This document shows positions 36,067 through 46,208 of a stretch of 64,000 nucleotides of DNA, piece by piece. Below the pieces are notes generated by a model. The model saw only the letters and a program-made list of their open reading frames with translations, was not told the DNA's origin and searched no databases. The stretch comes from Coniocarpon cinnabarinum (taxonomy: Eukaryota), in the NCBI GenBank assembly GCA_051942205.1, contig JAVECO010000050.1, positions 62,001 to 126,000 on the forward strand. The letters are read 5' to 3'. A program made the translations under genes and the position numbers. Position 1 is the first letter of the stretch; the number at the start of each line of letters is the position of its first letter.

Positions 36067-37611
36067 ATGGAGAATTCCTCGCTCAAGCGCTCACGCGACG
36101 ACCTTCGCGATTATGCTTCCTCACCTGTTGGAAAAGCCCACCGGCCAGATCACCACTGGCCTCGTCACTTTCCAGCCTCTCACGACGAACACCTGGACCG
36201 CTCCACGGATCGCGCGCGGAACTCACCCAATCCGACACCCTCGCACCTTCAAATCAACTACCTCGCTCGTCAGCACGCCAGCGACCTATCTCTTCTTGAT
36301 CCCAACAATGACGCGCTGCCAACGTGTATCAAACTCCTCAACCAATATTCAGCATGCCTCGAGCGCTCGGAATCGTTAGCGAACAACCTGGGCGCTCGTC
36401 CGCTGTCTTCGATCCTACTTCAGCGGTTTGAACGCATGTTTGACGGCCCGCCGCAAGTTCTCGGCCCCTCATACAACTCAGAAGTTACCTCCATGTCTTG
36501 GTTTGACGTCGCTAATGCGTCACCCAATCCGACGCAGCTTACTGAGCTTGACGACCCCAACACCGGAAAGCGGCTTGTTCAATTCGTCGCAAAGGGCGTA
36601 ACCGTACAAGTGAGCATGGAGGAATGGCAAATGGTCAGCTCGGGGCTCTTGCAGAAGGTGATGCCATCTCAGCCCGTCGCAGAGGATGAAGAGAAGGAGC
36701 TGGCTACGCTGGAAATTCTCGAAGATACGATCAGCCGCGTTGTTGCGTTGGCGGATCAGGTCGCTGCGAGAGGTCGACAATTCAATCACAGGGCTCAAGC
36801 CCGACGATCTGCCATCATAGAGCGGAGACACGCCGATGCGACCAACTCAGGCTATCCCAACGGCAATCATGGGATCTCTTCGAGCTCGCCTTCCACCCAC
36901 CAGGAGCTCACTCGGCTTTTCACAGCCAGCCGTCGACATCTGTCCCACTCCGCAACTCCTGCGCATGCTCCGACAACCCCGCCGACCCATACCTTTACAC
37001 CTACCAATCCGCCCTCCAGGCCCGTGACCAACCATACTCCCACTAATTCTTCGTCAACTCCTGCACAACAGCGACCGCGCCGTCCACCGGCACCGCCTGT
37101 GCCTGAAGGGCCGTTCAAGCCTCTCATGACACAGCATATGGAGATGCTCCCGAAGGGCGCGCGGATCGAGCCGCCGTGTGACCGTTGTCGGCGTCTGCAA
37201 ATCGATTGCGCGAAGAATTTGACAGCTTGCATAGGATGTACGAAGAAACATTGTAAGTGTAGCTGGAGAGATGTGACCGAGGAGGAGGCCGATGGACTCG
37301 GGCTGGCTCACGAGGGAGCACTCGCAGAAGCGCGGTCCAGATCACGTGAGGAGCTGATGTTGGCCAAACAAGAACGTGAGAGGGACGACGTGCAGGAAGG
37401 AACTGAAGAAGAGCTCGCAAGCCGTGGGTATGCGAGAGTCGATCAGGCGAATGGAAATATGTCTCCGCAAGGGTACGCTGCTGCGGCCGTGTCGAGAGCA
37501 CCTCATACGGAAACGGACTCGTCAATTACAATCGCGGGGCACGACGTGCCCATCGGAACGCCTGACATGCATGTGTCGGTGAATGGGGGCGACACACGGT
37601 CGTACGTGTAA
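36067..37611 (+). CDS. Fungal protein with a C-terminally placed Zn(II)2Cys6-like cluster
   Basis: 514-aa ORF. CDRCRRLQIDCAKNLTACIGCTKKHCKC fits C-x2-C-x6-C-x6-C-x2-C-x6-C. Confidence 0.75.
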   Translation: MENSSLKRSRDDLRDYASSPVGKAHRPDHHWPRHFPASHDEHLDRSTDRARNSPNPTPSHLQINYLARQHASDLSLLDPNNDALPTCIKLLNQYSACLERSESLANNLGARPLSSILLQRFERMFDGPPQVLGPSYNSEVTSMSWFDVANASPNPTQLTELDDPNTGKRLVQFVAKGVTVQVSMEEWQMVSSGLLQKVMPSQPVAEDEEKELATLEILEDTISRVVALADQVAARGRQFNHRAQARRSAIIERRHADATNSGYPNGNHGISSSSPSTHQELTRLFTASRRHLSHSATPAHAPTTPPTHTFTPTNPPSRPVTNHTPTNSSSTPAQQRPRRPPAPPVPEGPFKPLMTQHMEMLPKGARIEPPCDRCRRLQIDCAKNLTACIGCTKKHCKCSWRDVTEEEADGLGLAHEGALAEARSRSREELMLAKQERERDDVQEGTEEELASRGYARVDQANGNMSPQGYAAAAVSRAPHTETDSSITIAGHDVPIGTPDMHVSVNGGDTRSYV

Positions 37612-38280
37612 AATATCATCTAGAGATAATCGAGTATCGAACAAACCACGCGGTGATCCAAGACTAGCCCTCATTTTCGGTCTAAGCCAACTTGTTAATA
37701 CTTCTAGCCTCTAAGCTCTGGCTGTCATAGTGACATAGAGATGTGGAAAGCTAATATGAGTTGGCAGTATTTCCGCGAGCATGAAACCTCGGGTTTATCC
37801 TTTTGTCCGCTCATCAAATTCGGACCTATTCGAGCCTCTGCACCTCCAATCCGACTGTTCGCTTCAACAGCTAGTATTGTCACAGAGTCCAAAATATCTT
37901 CCTTTCGCAGACCCTCCGTTCACACTTGGTCAGAGCTCTTCGGTATAACTCCTTGCAGCGACCCTGTTTACGGCAAGAGCCACAGACCAACTTCCTGGCC
38001 TGATTTAACCAAGGCAGCGAGGTGAAACGATGAGAAAAGTTGAGGTCACAAACCCATAGGCACGACGATGTAAAGGCCATCTACGCTTCCTGGGATGCTG
38101 AATTATGATGCCGCAAATATTTTCCTCTGCGGCTATTGTGGCAGGTCCATGGTATTGGAGACCTGTCAACAACACTGCTATTACAGAACGTATCGATCTT
38201 TTGTTGACTGTTTAAATCGTCGATCCTGACTTCACGTTTTAATCTTCACAGAGAGGCCCCTCTGCGTGGAAAGCATCGCC

Positions 38281-39245
38281 ATGACAAATTCCCGTTCACG
38301 CAATACGAAGGGGGCAAGGGCGCGATCTGTCGTGGCGACAGCGAAAAACAAGGCTCTGAGAGGTGTTCAAAAGGTTTCTGCGCTGGCACCTCAGGCACGT
38401 CGGCGCGGTAAAGACCGCCCATCAGCAGTGTTCAAACGACTTGCTGAAGTAAGTTTTGCGATAGCGGCGCTTCGTCGCCAGCAATTAATATTTGACACGC
38501 TCATGCAGACCAGGAAGGGCCCGGGCATTTTCATCTTTTCCCAGAACGACATCCAGACCCGACGGAGGATGAAGTCCTAGAGGAGGTTGTTCAGAGCCTG
38601 AGCGACCCAAGACACTTGCGATTTATGCATCGTTTGGCATTTCTTCGTCGAGCCTGGGAAGTATGGTTGCAATGTGAGCTCGCAGTCGAGCTGCAATGGC
38701 GCGACATTACCAGCTCTCGTTCCGTTTCTTCTGAAGATCCACTGTACGGCGTATTCGAGAAACGGAGCAAAGAAAAGATGGACCTAGTAGTACTTGACCC
38801 ATCTTGGTGTCCGCATGCTCAAAGAGAAGTTTGCCGCATCACCGGGTTCGAATTGAAATGCAGGAGCTACAAGACACCGCTGTTCAGCGATTCTGGAAGC
38901 TTGATGCAACTTATGCTCCAGGACATTAAAAAGATTGATAACGGGATTCTATCAAAATCTGCTGCAGAATTCAGTGACAAAGAATTCGGAAATTTCTATT
39001 CAATTGCAATTACAGGCGATCCGCGCGATCTTTTACGAGAGTCGATTGGAAACGGACAGCAACGAACGAAGTTGGGAAAGGAGATCCACTGGTGCTACCT
39101 TGACAAGATGTCGAACTTTAATATTCGCGAAGACCTTGAGCGATGCAGAGGCTGGCGCACTGCACCTTACGTCAACCTGTATCTCATCTGGCACAAAGGA
39201 GTGGTAAAATCACACAAGTCGCAATCAAACCCTCAAGAGAAGTAA
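38281..39245 (+). CDS. Hypothetical/orphan protein, probably 2 exons
   Basis: Basic exon MTNSRSRNTKG...KRLAE, GTAAGT donor approx. 38449, in-frame CAG acceptor approx. 38513 into a 240-codon open frame. No recognisable motif. Confidence 0.4.
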
Positions 39246-40521
39246 TGCAAAACCAATGCAAAGGTCCATCAACGCAATGCAGCAACATTAGCGCACATTC
39301 GCTTTACGGAGGTGCTCACAGAGGCAGGAAATGTTGCAAAGAGAGTGCGACAAAGGCAGCGACAAAACTGCAGAGCGTCTAACACAAGCATCTGCTAGCA
39401 AATACTGTCAACGCTTCAACATCCAACATCAGCGACTCTTGCTCTTTCTTCAAGAAAGAGCACAAGAATGTATCATTTACTACCAAGACGCCGTTCGTCA
39501 TCGAATCTACGAAGTCGGCAAGACCCGCCTTATTTCTGCAACAAAGTCTACGCACATTACGAGAGTCATATCCACATCGCAGCTAATTTTGCTCATCAAT
39601 ACTCACTATTTCGCCGATCGCGGCGGCCTCTGGACGAATATTCAAATCGGTCGTAGCCCACATATCATTGAAATAAAACGAGAACATTTTAGTGAGAGCG
39701 CACGTTTGAGAGTTGATGTTTGCAAATGCTTCATTCGACGAGTCTGGAATGGCCGTCCAGTCAATCTATTTCCAGTAAGGATCAAGTGCCGAGTACGCAG
39801 TTTGAGCTATGAAATACAGCTGCTACTGAAACAAGTGGTCTTGAGCCTTTCGAGAATTCAAATCTATTTTTATATCCGTTCCACACCAGATTGACAGCAT
39901 CCTGAACGCTGAACGCAAGGACTCTGAAGAAGTCAAGGGTCTCTAGAAAGCGCAAGAGTCTCTGCACGGGGTCAGAGTATTCGAAAACATGCAAAGCTCC
40001 TGCACGAACACACGTGCCTTGCCAGGTAGAGCAACAGCAGAGCTCTCAGAGTCACAAGTAAACGAAAGGCTGTACTGTACGTACAATATTGGTTAATCAT
40101 CGAGTCTGAAATGTGTGGTGGCGAGTCCCCGCACGTTAATCGATGGATTAATAGAGTGACGAAATACCGAGAAGAAACGACATGCTGGGCTTGTTTCTAC
40201 TCCGCAAGTCTTTCAGGACTCCAGCGGATTGGCGGGGACATCATTGTTTAGATGTAAGATACTATTGCAGAATTTGATGAGACTCATTAGAGACTTTAGT
40301 AACAGTCTTGCATTACTTGGTTAATGCCGAATATATGTATATGCATGCATGTTCAGCATGCCCGCTCCTATTAAAGGCATTGTAACACCACGAGCGCGGG
40401 ACAAGAGCATCACGTTTAAGACGAAATCTGCTCCTTTAGAAGCCCGAGCACTTTCTCCACATGTAGTCCATATTCCTTCATGTGTCATTACTGTCTTCCT
40501 ACCGCTAATACGTCTGCTCTT

Positions 40522-43260
40522 TCACACCTCTTCCCACGTCATCCCTAGTCCAACCCTCAAAACATGCACCACATCCTCGCCCGCAAATCCCGCTACAAGC
40601 GCCTTTGCCTCCCCCTTGCCGTCCATCCTCCGCGCCTCATCATCAAGTCGGCAATCCCAGTGCTCACCCATATCCTCGTTTTCGGCATCCTGACCCTCTG
40701 GAAACTTCCAGGTGTGGTGTGACGGTGAGCTCGTATCTAAGGAAGGTGGAGACACTCGGCAGACGCCGAAGCGGTGCTCTTTGTCTTTTGAAACGGACGC
40801 GATGATAGTGCGAGCAGTGATGAAGCGAGCTGCTGTGATGGTGCTTCGGTCAGGCATGCCGAGGTGGTGTCGCTCGGCTTTCAGCGGTCCCTCCTCCCCG
40901 TCAAAATGCACCGAATGTCGAACTCTCGTCAATACCAAATCACGTCCTTGCCCCTCCAAAGTCAGGACCAATGTCTCAGCTTTGTCCGCCCGGCCCTCCG
41001 TCATCGTCACATCTTGCAACACACCCTGTCCCAGCTCCAGCGGCTCTCGTTTCCGAACTCCCTCCATTAAAGCTCGCCAGGGCACATCCAACGCCGCCGA
41101 CACACCATCCTCCATCATCAACCCCTGCCAGAGCAAATTCGCCCCTTCCACCCGTCCACCCGGCATCCCTTCCGCTCCCTCCTTCGGCTGAAAACACCGA
41201 TTCCGATGTCCTTCCAGCACTGTCACCATCATGGGCCATTTCTGCTGCAACTTCTCAGTGCGGGGCGCCTTTCTGACTTCCCAGTCTGAGCGTGTGAGGA
41301 AGTAGCGCAGATGGCTCTTCAGTAGGGGGCCGGTGACGTACTCGAGGAGGTCGGACTGATTCAACGCCGCGGCTTTCTCGGCGGCTTCGAGTGCGGACTG
41401 CGAGTCTGGCGAGTCCGCCGAGGCAATGATGATTTGTTGACTCAGCCAGGCGGAGAAGGTGCCAAAGAGGTGGAGTTCGTCGGCTGTGTATTTGACAACG
41501 TGGGTCGCAACGAGGCGAATGAGGTCAATGTCCGTGAGGATGCGACTTAATTTTTGTTCATCGATGGTCCAAAGGGGAAGTGGGGGGTCTTTGCGGGAAA
41601 GGGCACGAAGACGACTAGTGAGCACGCTGGCGCGGTCGAGAGCAGGAAAGAGACATTCAGTTGCTATTTGAGTGATTTCGTTGAGCTCGGTTGTGACGTC
41701 TGTGTCCCAGCGACGGAGATTCTGTTCGCGGAGGGTGTCGACCAGCCAGTCGCGAAGGACCGGGTGGAAGTCTCCTGTCGCGGCGGTGTGGTATAGGGCA
41801 GCGTGCAGATCTGGTTTTCCGTGGGAGGCGGTGTGCTCGTTGTCTTCTTCGAGGAAGCTGCGGACGGAAGTGATGAAGCGCTTGGGTAGTTCAGTTGCCT
41901 TTTTGTAAGCGCTGCGGATGGCGGAGATGGCATGGATGATGTAGGTGGCTACAGTCTGCATCGAAATCAGTCCGTGATTTGTAATTATCTCAGGCACTTC
42001 AACCAGTAGGGACTGTCCAGCATTCTCTGCTGTGGGCGTATGCGAGAGGAATTGTGCCGCGACTGCGCTCTTTTAAGGGCTTCACTTACCTCAAGATGCA
42101 AGGCGAGCGTCGAAAGCAGTGGAAAGTGATAATCACATTGACGAATGGTATCCAGGTGAACGACTTGCAGTGCTAGTTGACTCGCCGAAGACATAGAAAT
42201 GAAGGAATGAGCGCTGCCATTTGTGGCATGTCGTATCAGTTCACCAGGATGCAAGTCTAGCTGTGATGATTGTCGCCGGGCGAGTGACGGCAGTGCGACT
42301 CTACACTCGCCGCCGGCCCACGCCGTGATGATCAAGTCTGCCGAGGTGGCGGTGATGCTCTTAGGGTCGAACAGGCTGTCTACTTTGCGCTGTGTCAGAA
42401 AGATGCCCCGTTCATTCCTATTATCAAGTCGGACCTCCATGCGGAACGAAAGAGGCGCAAGCGGTGGTAGGGAAGCCTCAACGTCCATGAGCGTCAGTCG
42501 TTTGGGCAATGAGTCCACAACATGTTTCAAAGACGGATCTCTGGAGCTTTGCTGGAAATCTTCGCTGTCATCGTCTCCGTTCATTGGCAGTGAGGACGCC
42601 CAATCGTCAACGAGTGAGTCCGTTGTGTCCATGTCCCGGGCGTAGCTACGACCAGTCTCCAGGCAATTCTGAGAGAATTTGAGCATAGTCAGTGCAGGAG
42701 CTTCGTGGTCTTTTTCAATTATGTCGTGCATGTCGATTGTAACCACAACGTTGCCTTGTGTAGACTCTATGAGATCGAGATCACCACTGTTCCACATGAC
42801 AGAGAGTACCTGGCCTGCAGGCGTCTCAGTTATCATTCTCCAGTGTGCCGAGCCTAGTCCTCATTACCATCCGGCTTCCATGAGAGGGCCGTCGGAACAC
42901 ACTCGTCGCCAACGTCCAACTGTCGTTCGAAGACACATTGGCCGTCTAGTCGATATACTGCAATACACTTTTCAGTTTTGGCTATCGCTACCATGTTCAG
43001 GGTCGGACACAGCTTGACGAGCCTGCAGCAGATCAGCAAAAATGGCTAAATTTATGACATGTTGGTCAGATGCCTCTCGGATCAGTCTTTCGTGGAGCCC
43101 TCAATGCCGTCTCTTCACAAGACGTCTTTCTTGGGCGTGCACGGTGACTCTTTTGAAAGTATCTTGCGCAATAGTACAATGCACGGACTAACAGCGCAAC
43201 TAAAACTCACCATGGTTTGACCGCTGGCTCGATACCAGGATACTTTTGAACGAGGGCCAT
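40522..43260 (-). CDS. APC4: Anaphase-promoting complex subunit 4 (WD40 N-terminus plus helical domain)
   Basis: LCPTLNMVAIA...VYRLDGQCVF...ALSWKPDG|QVLSV (ANAPC4 WD40-like). LYHTAATGDFHPVLRDWLVDTLREQNLRRWD and ECLFPALDR. Introns approx. 43023-43210, 42814-42866 and 41956-42089. Confidence 0.83.
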
Positions 43261-43829
43261 GCCTGATATATGTTCACGTTGAAGTAGACAGGAGGATGGC
43301 TTCTTGCTCGATACGCTGTTTGCCGATCAGGAGTAGAAACACTTGCTAAGTTGGATACTGTTAATCTACACTTCCTTGCAACAATTCCTACTCAATGTCT
43401 CCGAAGCATTCTTCTCGCTCGAGGGACGAGAAGTGCGCAGTATGAAGCGCTGGTTGCAGAAATGAAATACGGGAAACCAACACCAGAGAGGCGCTAAAGT
43501 GGTGGAGCCGCGGGGCAAAGATTAGGGGCCAAACGCCCGCGGCACAGGGACCTAGCCGCTATCAGTGGGGCGTACTGTATTCGTCTCGTAGACTCTCACT
43601 TCCCGTCCTATCACATGCCAACATCCCTCCCTTGCCTTCGTACTTCTTACTCACGACCGTGTCGTTTCGAGCGCTGGCCGCCCACAAAGGTTTCCTGGTT
43701 CCCCGTCAGGAATCTACCTGGCTATACTGTCACTCATCATCATGATAAGACCTTAGTTCTCCTTGCTTTTCCTTGCTCCGTTCTGTTGCTCCTACTGTCA
43801 CTACATATCACCGATTCAAGTCTTGACAA

Positions 43830-45527
43830 ATGGCAACGCTCCAGCCGCGGACCCCGTATACGCCTGAGGAACTGAAGCAGCTATACCCATCCCAGCTTCA
43901 GCTAAAACAAGTCCAGATTGTCCTTCGACATGGCGAGCGGACGCCTGTCTCCGCACGCTTTCAAAATGCGGGACTGCCTACGTACTGGCCTTACTGTCAA
44001 CATGCTCAGCAGATGAAGGATATCATTCTGGCGGGCAATACTTCAGGCACATCTGATAGTGACTGGGAGACATTGAAGTACAAGCGTGTGCTCGAGACTC
44101 TTGACAAGAATGGACAGCCCACGGCCGCAAAAGGAAGTCATGGCGAAATGGAGGGCATCTGGTATGTTACCCTTGCCGTTACTGGCCCTCTGCGATCACT
44201 GTAAATCTAACAAGACGCAATGTGCAGCCTGCCGGGCGAGCTGACGACTCACGGTCGTCTCACCACCCTCCAACTCGGCCAACGCCTCCGCCATCTCTAC
44301 GTCGACCAGCTGAAATTCCTCCCACCCACCCTCTCCGACGCCTCAACAATCACCCTCCGCTCAACGCCCATCCAACGCGCCCTCGAGTCCGTTCAACAAA
44401 CCTTCACAGGCCTGTACCCCACCCAGACGCGATCTCCCACACTTCCCACCCCCAGTATCATCGCCCGTTCCATGAGCGACGAAACTCTCTTCCCCAATCA
44501 AAACGCATGCAAGCGCTTCAACGAGCTCTTCTGGGCGTATGCCGATCGCGCCGCCAAACGCTGGAACGACACCGAGGATATGAATTACATCAATGCGAAA
44601 ATCGGGAAGTGGATGCCTGAAGGTCGACGGATCGGTGTGGATTCGAAACCGCGACTGAATGGAATCATGGACACGGTGAATGCGACGCGGTCACACGGCA
44701 ACGCCACGAAACTGCCCAGCGAGTTTTATGACGAGGGTGTGCTTCAGCGCGTTGACAAGATCTGCAGTGAAGAGTGGTACAAGGGGTATGAAGAGAGCCG
44801 TGAGTTTCGGCGGTTGGGAAGTGGGAGTTTGATTGGCGATCTGACGGCGCGAATGCTGTGGCATGTGGAACGGAGCACTGGACGCGAGAGTGAGAAAAAG
44901 GGGATCGATCCGACGAGGGAGCCGCCGCGGTTGTTATTAGCTGGGGCACATGACACGACGTTGGCGGGGATTTTGGCGTCGCTGGGGGCGTGGGGGAGTA
45001 ATCCGTGGCCGCCGTTCACCAGCCATGTAGCCGTCGAGCTCTTCAGCACAAAAGACTCCTCCAACACCACCAGCACAGCTCCAGCACCATCCTCATCCTG
45101 GTCCTCCTTCCTTCCCTCATTCCTACGACCAACACCCACTCCTCTAGCAAGCACACCTACAACCCTTCTTCCACGCTCCGACCGGGACAGTCTCCAACGC
45201 CACTACGTCCGCCTCCGCTACAATTCCGTTCCAGCCGTAATACCCGGCTGCACAAAACCAGGCCGTCATCTGGACGGCGACCCAAGTTTCTGTACGCTCG
45301 ACGCGTTCAAGCAGATTGTCGAGGACATAACCCCAAAGGATTGGAGAGGCGAGTGTCGATTGAATTTGGGGAAAGGAATTGAGGACTGGACGGAAAAACC
45401 AGGGTTCATCCGGGGTGTGGACGCGGAGGCAGACGCGGTGACGAGTGACGGGGGAAAAGTGACTACGGTCACAATTGACGCGCCCACGCTCTCCTCATTC
45501 AGGCTGGACTATTCTCCCAAAAAGTAA
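43830..45527 (+). CDS. Histidine acid phosphatase (branch 2, ACP6-like)
   Basis: VLRHGERTP catalytic motif, GELTTHG, RSTPIQRALES and AHDTT. One intron approx. 44162-44227. Confidence 0.92.
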
Positions 45528-46208
45528 GCCTTTGACGTTCTCCTTTCGGTTGGTGCTCACGCATGAGCAACACGTTGGTTTTCAATAGACAGCGTGGATC
45601 AGGCTTCCCATCCAGGGCAGAAGAAAGAGCTGCACCGAATTCCGCAAGGGTTGCTGAAGCGTTTGTCTTGTATGCCATAATCATGATGATGGAGGCGTTT
45701 TATAGAGGATGTTCCGCTTCGGGAACAAGCTATAGAGTAGACGCGGCGAAGGACTTTAGTGAATACATGAAACCCCACGAGGAAGGTGAAAAAAAAAGCG
45801 AGGGAGTGCGTTGGAGCGGATGGCCCGCACAACACTCAGTAGACCGCAACAGATTGGAGTCAACATGACTCGCGCATTGATTGTATGGTTCGTCCTGAAA
45901 TTTAACTAGACTATATTACATCATATGGAGCTCTCCCATCACTATGGCCTTGCGCAGAAGGGCCTCTAGATGGCATTCACCGCGCATCACACCAACGCCA
46001 CGCTATGCTCCAAGAGTTTTGGTGAACCTCACATGAGGTCGCTGTGAAAAGGGGAACGAAAAAACAAATCTGTGTAGAATTGAAACGAAAAAAGGAAATG
46101 CCAGAGTCACCTCCACTTACCTTGTATGCGGTGCACATCTAACACCTCCTCGCGAGTTCTTGCCGTTGTAGGCGTTGTAGGACATGGCGGAAGTCGGGTT
46201 GAAGACGT

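Noticed and set aside
39331..39894. 187-aa ORF
   Set aside because: No motif or supporting splice structure; cannot be supported as a gene.
43023..43210. GTGAAGA...CTGA in APC4 intron 1 as a C/D snoRNA
   Set aside because: Degenerate box C, too short and no convincing rRNA antisense element.
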